64,000 bases of DNA from the NCBI RefSeq assembly GCF_037042905.1, contig NC_087250.1:21330001-21394000 (forward strand), read 5' to 3'. This DNA comes from Lytechinus pictus (Eukaryota). The notes below the pieces were generated by a model. It saw only the letters and a list, made by a program, of their open reading frames with translations, had not been told where the DNA came from and did not search any database. Shown in pieces: positions 12,947-26,939 of the stretch. How positions within the stretch are numbered: the first letter of the stretch is position 1; the number at the start of each line of letters is the position of its first letter. Both the position numbers and the translations under genes were made by a program.

Positions 12947-13018
12947 ATTGTATTGTATTGTATTGTATTGTATTGTATTGTATTGTATTTTATTATATTG
13001 TATTGTATTGTATTGTAT
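12947..13018. repeat. (ATTGT)n microsatellite
   Basis: About 14 pentamer units. Confidence 0.95.
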
Positions 13019-13172
13019 TTATTTAATCACGGTAAAACTTACATTCAGTCATAACAGACTCCTTTTCAACATTGCGATCATCATAATGGCATAAAACGAA
13101 CAGCAAGCAGGCAGCTCAAAGATTAAATCAAAATTCAAATCACCAACCTGTACTCCAACATTCAAACACTGG

Positions 13173-13464
13173 GGCCCGTATTCTGAAGTCAAACCACGGT
13201 CACTCTGTGCTTGAATTATGGGGAGTCGAAAATTATGTTTGCATTGTATGTCTCTTATGTTTACTATTCAGCTTCTTTTTGCTATCACAATGAAAAAAAA
13301 TACTTCAAAATACTTCAGTTATCATTCCCAGACGATTTGGGTATATAGGAGTTAATAACAATTGGATGTGCACTTTTAGGGATTCGTGCCCCAATTGGCT
13401 CTCCATAGTTAAACCACAACTTTAAACCAGGGTTTAATTTAAACCTGAATTCAGAATACGGGCC
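13173..13464. mobile_element. MITE with 15-bp TIR GGCCCGTATTCTGAA (PIF/Harbinger-like ends)
   Basis: Perfect inverted 15-mers at 13173 and 13450-13464. No clear TSD. Confidence 0.65.
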
Positions 13465-14012
13465 TGATTATTTAGTATTTACAGACATAAAAATTGAATT
13501 CAAAATATCATTTTCATCACATCTGATTTAAAGCACTATTAACATTGAACCATTTAATATCATGTTTACAAAAAATGTAGAGTCAAAGCAGGCGTGGCAT
13601 AAGTACAGTGGGTCTGCCATCTCTAAATGTCACATTTCCACTATTAAACAAAATCTAAAACCACACAATCAATACAATTCAGATCTTCCAAATAAAGTAT
13701 TAATCTTAACTTTTTGCAATCCTGATAATACACTAACCATACTTCAGCGAAAAATGCGCCCATACGGTACATTAAATTGAGCTGACTTTGCACATTTATC
13801 ATTTTCACTTGCTCTTTAAAGAAACACACTTGTCATTAAACAAGTAATATATAATATTCAATATTTCTAAAATCTTCCATACTTGAGAGTATTCGGTCTT
13901 ATCCTCTATTGATTTTTATCGTAATCACACATGTTCTTATTCAATAAAACAAATTGCCTTTATTATTTTAGACGGCTGAGAATTTCCAAACTACAGAAGT
14001 ACTTTTGACATA

Positions 14013-14770
14013 GGGCCTTTTCACACGTGAATCTTGAATTATCATTGCATTAATGATTGCAATTCGTCTGTAGAATCATCCGACCTTTCACACGCTCAAT
14101 CGAAAACTGTGATTTGAATTCCAATTCCGACCAAGCGAAGGTGTTTTTGGTGACTTGTCAATCAAAGCACTGCATCGGTACGATGAGTGCATGACAATTG
14201 TATTATCTACGGAAGTGCTTGGAAGGACACGTAAGCTCCGCCCCCGAAGGATGTTTTGGAGGTCAAGCCTTTCACGCGTAAAATTCGTACCGTCATTGTA
14301 GTGAAACTTAACTGGAATTCACATCCGGGGTAGAATTTGAATTCGTGATTTGCGTTCGTTGTTATAGTTTGGTTTCACACGTGCTAAACATTCGCCATTA
14401 GTCATATTTTTCACTGGAATCATCATTCAAATTATGATATTGTTCTGTCGTGTGAAAGGGCGGGTTGAGTAACAAAGATTACTGATTGAAACGCCTCACA
14501 TACTTGGCTGCCCAAGTACATGCCAATCTACATGTTAAATACTTGCACCTGCTCTAAAAAATGTATGCCGTTCAGAGAACCATTAGCCGCCCTTTCACAC
14601 GGTAAAAAAGTAATTTGAATGATTCCAGTGAAAAACAGGGGCAATGGCGAATATTTAGCACGTGTTAAACCAACCTAGAACCTGTTTAGAATCACGAACG
14701 ATAATCACAGTCACGATTACAATAGTAATCATCATTATAATGATGATTCAAGATTTACGTGTGAAAGGCC
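14013..14770. mobile_element. Two related MITEs in opposite orientation (14013-14463 and 14587-14770)
   Basis: Both have CYTTTCACACG termini, and their inner ends are reverse complements over about 100 bp. Confidence 0.6.
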
Positions 14771-15416
14771 TTAAGTTAACACAAACAAATCTCTGCACCG
14801 TATTATCGTTGTTTTGCATACCCCTGTAGCTATCCTTAGAATCTAATAAACGATCCAGTTTAAAGTGCACTGCAGTCTTATAAACAGTAAAAAGGTGTAG
14901 GTCTGTAAGTACAAGCAAGCATAATTCCAACCCCCGACACTGAAATTTATAACTTACACCACCACAAACATTTTCGCGACTCATTAATTACTAGCAACGT
15001 GTTAACTGCTATGATTACATCGCTAGAAAAAAAAAATACACCATGTCCTGTAGTTAAAAACCATTATAACTTCAAATAATTATTTGACAAGAAGTATGCA
15101 TTTTTGAGAATAAATTTTTTCTTCAGATATGTTATAAATGTAATTCTCTGCTTTTATGACGAATAATTTTGTATAATTCATATCGAAAATTATATTTTAT
15201 GAAAATTTAAAAATGAATGTTTATTTGAATTGAATTGAAAATATTAATCATATCCGCTTTTCTGCAATTATTATACTGTCGGTTAAGCTGTTACGTAATC
15301 AGGCCAACTTGAATTATGAACTCGAATGAAGTGTGGAAATGAGTACATTTATATTTACACTAGTTGCATAATTATACATAAAATGTATAATGCATGTTAC
15401 ATGCATGTCGTTTGCT

Positions 15417-16010
15417 GATATTTATTTATTTCGTCTTTATTCAACAGGGTAGTCCCATCAGTAGTTACAACGCTGTTATACTAGGAGGCCCTGCATAACA
15501 TAAAATACATATACATAAATATACATGAAAAACATCCAATGGTGATATGAAAGATCTGTACAAAATGATATTACATGCTACTTGTCAACGAGTAATAATA
15601 GAAAACAAATATTTACAACATAATAGTTATTGATGAATACAATACATTTTTATTTGGTTAAATTAAGATCAACGAAAATGCATGTATAATAAACAAACAG
15701 TTCATTTTAAGGCTACTAACAAATAAGTGTAAGAAGATTAAAGACATTCGGTAGGAGCAAATGGGGTCTAAACTAGTCATATTACTTATCATATTATAAT
15801 AAGCTGCTTTCAGAAATAATATTAATGAATATTATAGTAGCTTTCTCTACAAGATTGTGCAAAAAAACCATAAAGGCATGGAACATAGCAGTTGACTTGA
15901 CGAGTTCTTGTGTTTTCAGCGTCTAAATCCATTCCATGGCGTGGTACTATGAACCTGCTTGCATTAGGATATGATGGCGCATTTAGGATTCAGCTTCACT
16001 CTCATTATGC
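15417..16010 (-). mobile_element. Decayed L2/CR1-group LINE 3' end
   Basis: A (TAAA)n tail, a CAGGG...CCCTG stem near the end, and decayed C-terminal coding sequence. Confidence 0.4.
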
Positions 16011-17112
16011 TCATCGCTCAATCGATGTAGGGAATGATGTAGGTTTCGTAATCAAAAAAGTCATCCTAAAACGAGACACAAAACAATATAAATGCCACCG
16101 AGATAAACAACATTTATTAGTGATGACACATTTTTCAATTTGTATATAATTTTTAACGTAACGGGAACGGAGACTATTTTTTGGGTTGATATACATTGGT
16201 TTTGATAATTATACACCCCTTGTTTTTGTTGCCTAATTCATTTGGTTATAACCCTCGTCCAATTCGGAGCCACGCCCATAGCCCAGGGAAGCGCAGGTGC
16301 TGGGTGCTGAAGCGCCCCAATATCTATTTTATTTATTTATCTATTTATTTAATTTATTCATTGATTTAAATACTAATTTATTTATTATCATTATTATTAC
16401 TTTTCTGGGGGGGGGGGGTGCTGTGTATGTTATACACCATAGGCAATTCCCCCTGAAAACCACTTGGTGTGCAAATAAATGTAGAATTAACTTCTTGTAA
16501 AATACTTATTTCATCTAAAAAATAGTTCCCATGACCCTGTCCATTCCCCTTTTTATCAAATTTTCCTACCGTCCCCTATCTCGCTAATTTGTTTAATATA
16601 TCTTCATTTCGTCTATATCTTTTTATTCGTCTGCCGGTTATTTCGCTTACAATTCTATTTATATAGTATCATTTTAATCTACAATATGATTATACGATCA
16701 GATAAATAATTTTCTTTTGATAAAATGGAAAAGCGAAATATAGAATATTGGGAAAATAGGTTAGATGTTTGCTTCCTTTTGTTAATTTCGTTTCGATTTT
16801 CAATTTTTATTTTCACGGAACGATAACGGGAAAAAATATAAACAAAACGAAACTTTTGTTTTGGTTTTAGCTATTGATTCTTTAATTCTTACTTTATTTT
16901 GGTGAAATGAAACTTAACTGGTCTAAAGGCACAGACACTTGTTCTTTTTTGCATAGTGCAGGGTCTGAAGCAGTTTGGCTAAAATCAATAAGTTCTGTGA
17001 CCGACTCTACTCTCATTTCACGCAAGATTGGGGTCAGTGCTTGCAGACTAATATCTTAATGGTCATTTCTGGGGTTATCCTTACTTTGATCTTGTTTCTA
17101 GAAATTGGAAAC

Positions 17113-18955
17113 TTAGTCCCTCCTAAATCAAAATGCTGTAATTTTGAATGGAATAATTTTGAGATAGGCCTATAATATTTCGTAGGTGGTTTTCTAGAGT
17201 CATAAAGCAACTCTTGGGGAAAATGAAATTGATCGGTTGAGTCATGCATGCATGGGTAATCAAAGATTGAATTAAAATTTACATTTTTTTACAGTCACAA
17301 GAGTAGTTTATCAGATTATGTAAATGCAAAGTCGGGCGAATGCTTTTCTGTTGTGGTGAGTTTTACGGTGCTAATGATGTTTCGCTATCCATCATTTAGC
17401 CACTCCACACAAAATTTTGATAGCGTCTGTTCATTGTTGAGCACATTTTTTTATGACGGATCATTATAGGGTTTTAAAGTAGTATCCTACATAACTTAAA
17501 AAATACATGTTAAAATTGAAAAGCGTTAGTGGCTCCCCTTCCCCAAATTCTCGGCCCCTCCCCATTTTCAAATTCTGAATCCACCACTGATTTGTCCTTA
17601 AATTTAACTGATCCTGAGAAATTGTTAGGAAAGGGATGCATTTATGCTACATAAAGAGTATTCATTCCTAAGTTTTCAAGTGTAAAAACTTCAGAAACCG
17701 TGTGGTGATACAAATGATGGAAGATAAAACCAACAGCAAATAATTCACATATGTAACGGAATTTGCCCCTTTGTCTTTTTATATCCCCTAAAATAACTGC
17801 GACATTGAAAATGCAATATTTTCCTCTTTGATTCGTGCTCATCATCCATAAATAAACAAATGGATTTCATTTTTGCACAGAATTCCGCCCACAGGTTGAT
17901 AAACATTTCTGTCAAATGACATTGATAAAGACAGCTTTGAAAGAAAGTTCCACCATATTAAATTAGGGGTTACTCATTCTTAAACATTTTCACCCATAGT
18001 GTACAAAATGTCTATGACAGAGGAAACCAACATTTTAATAAAAGTGAAATGAGGGTTTGTTTCATGGACGGTTTTTGTTACTTTTGCCAATAGTTTTTTC
18101 ACGAAACTTCGCCCATTGCTTCAGACTGACACTATCCAAAAAGTGCGCACACTAAAATAATCATTTGATACCTCACAGAGTGGGAACAAGGCCTTGAACT
18201 TTTTTCTCCTTTGCATAATTTTCGAATATATTGTCCTCACTGAAGCATAAGGCACTGGGATTTCATAAAAAAAATCATATCAAAGAACTATGCAAGAAGG
18301 TTTGTGACAGATATCCATAGTAAGCAATTGCATTTTTCCCAATAAAGTAAAAATAAAGAGCTATTCACATTCCACATGTTCATTCAAGCGGTAATGTTTA
18401 ATTAGCCTTTGAACATGTTGAATCATTGAAACATTTAATTTGTCATGAACGTAACGAAAAGAAGTTGATACGATAATTTCATTTCCCAAAATAAAATGTT
18501 CTTGCCTATGTAATTTGTTAAAGATACTCTTCCAAAAATAATTGTCATCTTGTCATCATATTTGAACTTTTTTATCGATAGAAATGTGTAAAAAAATCCA
18601 ATTATAGGAAATTTTGACTTGTATTTATTCAACCGTGAAATTTAGCCAAAAAAAAGTTATACGGTCTTTTAGAAAGTATATTTTTCAAGCCATCTGACGA
18701 TTTTTCGTGATGATAATGTAGAATTCGTTCCAATAAAATGGAATCAGTCATGATATTTGGCTCACGACTTTTAAAAAGTGACAATTTTGCCTCCTGACGG
18801 TGCTCACTAAAGCATGGCATAAAGTACGTCCGTAACATTCACTCTGAGGGTAGCTTATACAATTACCTACACGCTCATGTAAAAATATATCGACCTCTCT
18901 CAGTGGTTCGAAAATTATTGATGTTTGTCTAAGGAGGGACTCACTTTTTGTTGTG
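17113..18955. mobile_element. Second copy of the 33173-35187 element, opposite orientation, one end eroded
   Basis: Reverse-complement similarity along the whole length and a TIR ending TTGTTGTG|TA at 18955. Confidence 0.8.
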
Positions 18956-21167
18956 TATTATTTCAACTCTGCTTTCCTTTCCTATTTTCTTCCCAAAGAG
19001 GTAAAAGAATGTCTTTCGTTTTGCAATGTTGCTCATTTTTTCGCATTTAAAATGTAAACAAAAAAGTTTGGACTGCATTCTTTTCTGTGGTGATTAGTTT
19101 TGGTAATTGGTAAGCTAATAGAAATAAGACAGGTAGGAAATCGTGCACTCCATGCCCGAAAAAAAAATACGAGTAAGGAATTATCAATGTCTTATATAAT
19201 ATAACAAAATAAATGGCGTAATCCTTGTAATGATTAAAATCTTTTGATAATTATCTCATTCATCGGGGGTATGTAATTTTCTGAGTAATTTACACAGGAG
19301 TGAAAAAGAGAAAGAAAGGATTTTAAAAAGTATTTTGGCTGACAGTGTCTGAATTTTAAGACGAAAACAACATCACATGTCCTGAAGATACCATAGTTGT
19401 TGTTTCTCACTGGAAATGACAATCGATTGAAAAAAGGATAACGAGTGGTAATATTCTATTTGTTTCATATAATATTGTATTTACATGGTTATATTTAATC
19501 GAATGTATATATTTACCGATGGCCTGTTGTAGTTATTGCCTATAATGTAGATTTTCTACGATCATCACACAATGTATCAATTTACGTTTTTTTATGGGGC
19601 ATCGTAGGCCGCCACACGCTATAATTTGTGTGTGTGTGTGTGTGCGTTTATATTGTTTAAAGTCATCATATGAATGTACATGCTTGACATCGTAGATGGC
19701 GAAATAAAAGCCACCGTGAGACAACGATCGTTATAACAAAGTAAGCATCACCAATCAAGCATCCTTAAGTTCGCTGTTCGTTACAACATAATTATGCAAT
19801 TTGCAAGTCATGATTGTGATCGAGTTATGACTTCCATTTTCCTCCCTCATGTTAATAAGCCTGTTCACGGTTGTAAACTGCGCACGAGCAGAAAAAGGTC
19901 ATTGGAGACAACCATGAAGGCGGCTTTCAAATTCACTGACATAGGCATTTGTGATTTGATGATTATTCATGTATTCCTTTCAAAATATTTATCACATCCA
20001 AGCTGAAGAGTAATAAATAGAGCCTTCATAATCACTGATATTTGACAGTAGCCTAAACAATAGTCAAATGTGCCAAAGGCAGACAATAAAACAGATTTCC
20101 AAACTTTATCCCTGATGTAGGCCTACTATTCTAGTCACCTGGTCTATACAATGCCTTTTGTTCTTATAATTTGAATACTCTACCGGTAAAGCTTACGCAA
20201 CATCTACATTTGAAAATGATAGTGCTTATCCTAATGAAAAATCACAAAGGTCATTTGAGAAAAGTTGATCATGAGCTAACCGTGAACTGGCTTATTATAT
20301 AGCGCTTGGTACCTACGACGTTTTAATGGTATAGGATCGGTTAAAGGTTAACTCGCATAAAGGGAATAATTATATATGGTGCATTGGACCGACTACGATA
20401 AGAAATAGCCAAATTTACGTATTCTGACTTTTCCCCCTTTCCCTTCCTTCATCTCATTTTCCCCGTTTGACCTTTTCTTACATGAAATATACAGCAAAGT
20501 ATATGTTAAATCGTGATCACATGTTTCTTCCACATTCCCGGCATTTACTGGGTGCTTTTTGTTGTCTTATTTAATAAAAAAAAAAGAATATGGTTCACTT
20601 CTTCATTGTCATTGGAGTATGCTAAGAATTAAGGGTAAAATCAAATAACGCGTTTTGACTGCTTTCAATTTAATTTATATCACATTTGCGTAAGACGGCA
20701 ATACATACAACTACCATGATAAAAGGCATATAATACATAAGATCAAACAAAATACCGAGAATACAAATGTGTGGAAACTAACAAAGGCCAACGGCATATC
20801 GAAGGCAAATCCCAAACGGTTGCAAACAGAAAAAAAACGTGTTTAAAACAGAACTAACCTAGGCAAAGACTTACACAAAATAAAAAACTTTTGTTTTTCT
20901 TATAAATTCGTGAATTTTTGAGAAACAATTCACGAATTTATCAGAAATTCTATATATTTTCGTTGAAAAGAGTTGAGTGAATTATGAATCAGAGAAGAGC
21001 TACTACTACACATTAGATTTCAAATTGCATTAATTTAATCTTTCACTGTTGGATTATCTTTCGATTTATCCTGACACGTACATGCTTTACCATCAATAAT
21101 GATACTAGTGTGTCAATTATGTGGTATTGAAATTACATAGTGTACAGAAGCAGAGCATGTGACTTAC

Positions 21168-21270
21168 ATCATGGGAAACATACACGTAGAGATTGTTGGG
21201 TGATTCAGTGTGAAGGCGCAGGAGGTGAGAATCCACCCTCCCATTCGACATCGTCCCACAGTGCCGGAGC
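21168..21270 (-). CDS. NLR gene, probable small downstream exon (K-LRHCGTMSNGRVDSHLLRLHTESPNNLYVYVSHD)
   Basis: Acceptor atatag|G, open frame in the required phase 2, and a consensus donor GAT|gtaagt. Confidence 0.65.
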
Positions 21271-22531
21271 CTATATTCATGAAAGAAAGTTATGGGTGCA
21301 AGAAATCACAATAATATGGGGAATGCTTATCAAAAAGTATTTGCGTGTCTTGTAAATATATTTTATTTTTGAGGTGGATATGCTTGTAATATTGGAATGT
21401 GTCGTTTGGATTGAATAATTTTTTTTTACTCTTCCCTTCGGAAATCAACATTAATACTTTATAATGCAAAAGTGTTTGAAACATTATTCCCTTTGGAGTT
21501 AGCGCATTGCAAGATTCCATGAGAGTTTGCAATAACGGATATCAAGATCATGGTTCTCCAAATATCATTTCAAATTGAAACGCGATTTGTGTGCAAGTGT
21601 CATGTATATATGTTGAACATGCGTTTCGGCGACCACCTCACCCTAACAAATGTAATTGTTTGGCCTGCAGTTAACGTGAGATGATTGTGACGAAGTGAAT
21701 TTACTCAAACGAGTTTAAATGAATACATTTTGAGAATTGTATTGGTCGACTTGGTGACAAATATAATAAATAAAAACGCAATACTCTTCATCTGTTTAAC
21801 AAAATGCCATTTTAAAGCATGATGTGCTGATAAATTATGGCTTTGTCGTTTAATTTGCTAAATGATGGGGGTGGCACTTAGGGCCATTTTCAAAGAAGTT
21901 AAAACAGAATTACTGCGAGAGGGAGCTCGATATCCCCGAAGGTGACATTCTGATTGTCAGATCACTTTCATAAGATTAACAAATTAATGATATAATAATA
22001 ACAGTCCATATTCAATATAATAACTTTACCAAAATGGAACTATTTGTTCTGAGATGTACATTTCAATGTTGTGATAAGACAAACATATTACTCCCTCTTC
22101 GTCCAACTCTTTTAAGTAAATCTTAAAGGAAAAATCGGACCTTTTTCGAAATACTATAATTGTCACGTGTTTGATATTGTTTTAGAAGAGTTTTCAATTT
22201 AAGCTTAATAAGTTTGAATCATTTTGATTAACACAAGTAAACATTAATATTTTATGAAAATGATGCAAATACAATATTGAGAGAAATTGGGGGAAATACA
22301 CCAACGTATCGAGTATTCAATATTTTGAATTTGGAAATAACAAATAGTATTAATCTGTTTTTTCAATTGTGGTATTTAATGTTTACACAAATTCTGTAAT
22401 TGGTTTAATAGTTTAAGTAGCTGAAATGTTAGCCCTGGTGCAAATTAGTTACAGGGGGATTTCTTGTAATGTTAACGCTTTTGATTGATGTACCTTAATG
22501 ATAACAAATACTGTTTAAAGCAAGAACATAC

Positions 22532-23049
22532 TTTACGCATTCCATCGTCTTCACATGTCTGCAGCACTCAATGAGATAAACCAAGTCATCCTCGTCTGTA
22601 CACTTCACCCTGTCCAGATAGAGCCACTGTAGGTTCTTTGTATGTTTCTTAATGAGCAGACTCAGTCCTCTCAAGGTCTCTCGAGATACGCGACACTGTT
22701 CTAATGGAAGTGAGTCCAGATTGCGAAGGATAATGTGTTTGAGATTTTGTCCTCCAGTCCGACGAAGACCAGCCGTGATAAAGGCTATGTCTCCCTCTGC
22801 ATCATCGATAGTGATTTTAATATATACCAAAGCAGGGAGTGATGAGATCAGACCTTCATAGAATTGTGACGTCACTCCATCAGTTGATAGCTTTGTGATG
22901 GATGGTAGCTCAGGAGGAGATGGAGGGAAATCGATAGATGAGTCTGAGATGGTGAGAGAATTTAGCATCGGGAATGATTTAAGGCAGGCCCATAGTCCAA
23001 CTGTCACAGCGGTTGCCATGATAGACTGCTCGAATTGTACACTCACAAC
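22532..23049 (-). CDS. NLR gene, leucine-rich-repeat-like exon
   Basis: LxxLxI/L motifs (LNSLTIS, ITKLST, LVYIKI, LKHIIL, LQWLYL). Acceptor aatag|GTT is phase 0, matching the NACHT exon end. Donor AA|gtatgt. Confidence 0.85.
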
Positions 23050-23496
23050 CTATTAAGAAGATGAAAGAAAAATTGAAATAAGCAGCATAGGAAGGAGAAC
23101 CAGTGATTTTTTTTATTTTTTATGCTAACTGAAACATTCAACGCGTATTATTTAACCATTCAGAAACATTGAGTATCGTACCATTTATTTATATTTCCCA
23201 TAGGACTATGCCCTCCAATAGACAGAAAAGAGGGTAAGAAAAGACTTAGAATACCCGGCTTTTATTGTTTAAACTCTGAGTTGTTTACTGTTTGGTATGT
23301 GTTTGGTTCATCCATTTATGTATTCGTATTTATCTGTTATGGTATTGCTGATTCATTTGGTTTAATCTAAATGATTACATCGGTCAATACTGCGCTATTT
23401 GGTATATCAAAAGTAGGCCTATATACAGTACTGTATAATATATGAAGCATAACGTTATGGCCTATATCTGGCAATCATGACTTTGCATTAGAATAC

Positions 23497-25076
23497 CTTC
23501 TGTTTCAGCTCACGTGGAAGATTTCGCATCCCAACGATAGTATACACTGTTGGTGACTTTAAGATCATACATCGTGACGTCACACATCTTCGTACCAATG
23601 ATGACACATTCCCATCGTTGACCCCAGACTCTGATGAACAATCTAGGAGAATACGATATCGCTCACTCTCAGATAAATAACTATTTGTAAGGACCTTCTC
23701 CATTATTCTAATGCAGAGATTGTTCTTCGTACCAGAAGCAAATCGAATAAGATTTTCATATTCTCCAATGCTGGTTTTTATATCACGCAGTACTCGGTCT
23801 AACTTACTGGACTTCAACAACAAAAGAAAGCGGTTTGTTTCATCGGCAAGATACTTTCCTGCTGCATGTTCTTGAGCAAGTTTGTGATAAAACTCAATAC
23901 TAGTTATGGAAGTCGAAAATGCTTTGTCAAGTTGTGGAAGGCGTCTGGTTGAAACAACAGTCTTTGAGACTATTCCTAGGGCGCATGCCATATCAAGAAT
24001 AGAGGGAACTCTCTGAAAATCACAAGACGAGAAAACTAACTTCTTAGCATCATTGATCAGACCAGTGAGAGCAATTTCTCCCAGTTTCAGTATTATTTTG
24101 TTTAGTTGTTTGGGAGTTTTTATTAAGCCAGGTGTCCGGGCATTTGCGTGGAGCATTAAAAATACGTTAACTTGGTCGAGTAATGCTGTTTGAGTTGTAG
24201 TGTCACGCTGAAGTAGTTCTTCAGACCACAAGTGACAGACAATGAGGCAAAATAGCGGAGTTTTTACGAGTTCCTCAATAAGGGGTTGTTCATCGAGGTA
24301 AACTTTCAGACCATCCGCTTTCATAGGTTTCTGAACAGAAGTAAAGAACCTGTCAATGTAATCGCGTGCGTTCTCTCGCGAGAACCCTTCGATCTCCATC
24401 TTTGTGTACACCCTTGGTAGAACCCCTTGACTTAAAATGTCTTCTAGGTGAGGTCGTGTTGTTACAAGAACTCGACATTGTTGAAACATTTCCCATCTGA
24501 GAATGCTCATGATATTGCTTGAGGAAGAGATACCAGCATACTCATCAAGCCCATCTAGTACAATATGACAGATTCCCTGATGTTGTCTTATGAAACTTTC
24601 TAGCCCCTCTGGCGTCAGATCATCAACATCACTCAGGAGTTGTGATATGATAGCTTCTCCAATCGACGTACTGTGGCTTGTGTTTCGAAACTTTACAACA
24701 AACAAAAGTGGCAAGTCTTCTAATCCTGACCCTTCCTCGCTGTGAACCCAGTCGTATGCCATCTTAGCTACAGCTGTCGTCTTTCCTCGTCCAGCTGGTG
24801 CCGAAATAATGATTCGAGATGGAAACTTTCCGTCTACTTTTGCTGAAAATATTTTTCCAACAGAGCCTTGCAGTATTTCCTTTTCTTTAATATCTTTTCC
24901 TCGAGCGTCCTTCTTTACCATGGTAACAACGGTGTGCATTCCCTTAAACTCTGCATAATCATCTTTGTCCCAAGGTTTCATTTGGATTTTGCACAGCCGA
25001 TTCGAGTATATATCTTCCAAGATTGTGCGACATTTTCCAACAGTCAGAGATTTCGAAATCTTTTCACTGTAGATAT
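23497..25076 (-). CDS. NLR gene, NACHT NTPase exon (NACHT, HD1, winged helix, HD2)
   Basis: Walker A ISAPAGRGKTT, Walker B IVLDGLDEY, sensor-1 LVTTR, PLFC motif and winged-helix FYHKLAQEH. Acceptor ttccag|AT at 25076 and donor AAG|gtattc at 23497. Confidence 0.95.
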
Positions 25077-25539
25077 CTGGAACGATGTAAGAAAAACATT
25101 GAGCAAAATGAATTAAACCACGTTACATATGTCCTTAAAAACAAAGTAAATACATGAATATAGGTTATTCAAAATATGAAGACACTCAATACGACAGTAA
25201 TAAAATATCAAAATGAAAATCGGTAGAATGTGTACAAAATGAAACAAACCCCTGGGGCAGGAAAAGTGATGAAAGATACTTTGAATCTAAACTTGTTGCA
25301 GATATATTTTCACTACGTCAGTGTCTAAGTCCCATTATACAATGAGTATTAATAATACACAGGATAAGGCCATTACAGCTTTAGAAAATATGCCTTAATC
25401 ATAATAAATTTTAAAGATATTATTGGTTCATATAGATAATTACATATTCTGCGGTCTCCGCTATCAGATGACAGCAAATAAGTTAAATTTGCGTCAATTA
25501 GAATATAATATTTGATAATTACATGCTCTTTTCATATAC

Positions 25540-26074
25540 TGACGAAATTACTAATAAATGTCCAAGTTTCATGAATCAGATCCCTAAACTCTTAAAGTTT
25601 TGATGGTAATTCAACATATGCCCCCAATTTGGCCAAAGTTCATTTCCCCTACATGTAAATGACATTTGATCTTGGTTATGGGACGTGGAACTCAAGCAGG
25701 ATAATCAGTAATACTTGATTAACCTTATGTCCAAGTTTCATGAACTAGGTATATGTATTTTCCAAGTTATGATGACATTTCAAAAACTTAACCTTAGGTT
25801 AAGATTTTGCTGTTGATTTCCCCAACATGGTCTAGGTTCATTGACCCTAAATGACTTTTAACCTTAGTCATGTGACCTGAAACTCAAGCAAGATGTTCAG
25901 ACATACTTGATTAACCTTATGGCCAAGTTTCGTGAACTAGGTCCATATAATTTCTAAGTTATGCTGTCATTTCAAAAACTTGACCTTCGGTTAAGATTTG
26001 ATGTTGACGCCGCCGCCGCCGTCGGAAAACCGGCGCCTATATAGTATCACTCTGCTATGCAGGTGAGACAAAAA
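25540..26074 (-). mobile_element. Same Helentron-type family, 5' part
   Basis: The minus strand begins TTTTTGTCTCACCTGCAT (5' subTIR), followed by (GGC)n and the same repeat units. Confidence 0.75.
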
Positions 26075-26741
26075 TGTGACTGATGGATGAGTAAAATAAG
26101 CTGAAAAATAAAGGACAATCCACAAGTTAATCACCCTTTGCTAAAGGAAACTTTATCCAAAAAAATGACCTTTTTATTTTAAATAGTTATATTAAATCAA
26201 CTTGACCACAGCAGCTTATTATCTAAAAAAATATAAAAACGAAAATGCTGTTTTAGGCATGAATAAAGCATGAAACAGACATAATCCGCTGTCTTAATCA
26301 TTGTGCATCTCCTTTTATTAAACATGAAATGAACTAAATAGGTTCATTATTGCGGACTGAAATAATCGCTAGAGGGTATTCATTTATCTCGCAATTTACT
26401 ATGGTCAACAAGGAAATTCGTGATCAGAACTGGATATATTAAGTGTCATTTAATCCTCTTGAATGGGATTCATTACACAGGCAATGCGAGCGCGAAGCAC
26501 GAGCGAAAATTTTTATGTAAAGTCTATTTTCCAATTCTTCCCCTCACCTTTTTCTTGTTTTCGGGGTCGGGCCGGCCGTTACGAGGCTGTAAATTACACA
26601 TCATGGGTATAATACCTCTTCCCTACTTTTCTTTCTGTTTTTCGTAGTTTCTATCAAGTTAAACAGTACACTTTTTCTGCAGGTTGTCAAAAAATAGGGG
26701 GGGCGGGGCCGGCTCGGCCCCCTCCTGGGTCCGCACCTGAT

Positions 26742-26939
26742 TACGTCTGTGATCAGGGATGGGGTCTTTGGGGTGCACAAGCTGTTTGTGTAGGGTGGTG
26801 TCCGAGCGGAAAACCGTTCGGATAACGTGACCTTCTAATCGGCGTTTGAATTGTGGTGAAAGACCATCTATGTATGGCAAGACTGTGCAAGTCTTGAAAA
26901 CCTTCTGATCCCTTGGCGGTTGTTTCTTCTTGAAAATTG
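26742..26939 (-). mobile_element. Penelope-like element, RT to GIY-YIG linker fragment
   Basis: VLPYIDGLS...LVHPKDP, truncated just before the GIY-YIG domain and separated from the RT by a 1.2-kb insert. Confidence 0.75.

Noticed and set aside
22030..22121. Possible extra NLR exon (IYLKELDEEG...)
   Set aside because: Open only in phase 0; in the required phase 2 it hits a stop immediately.
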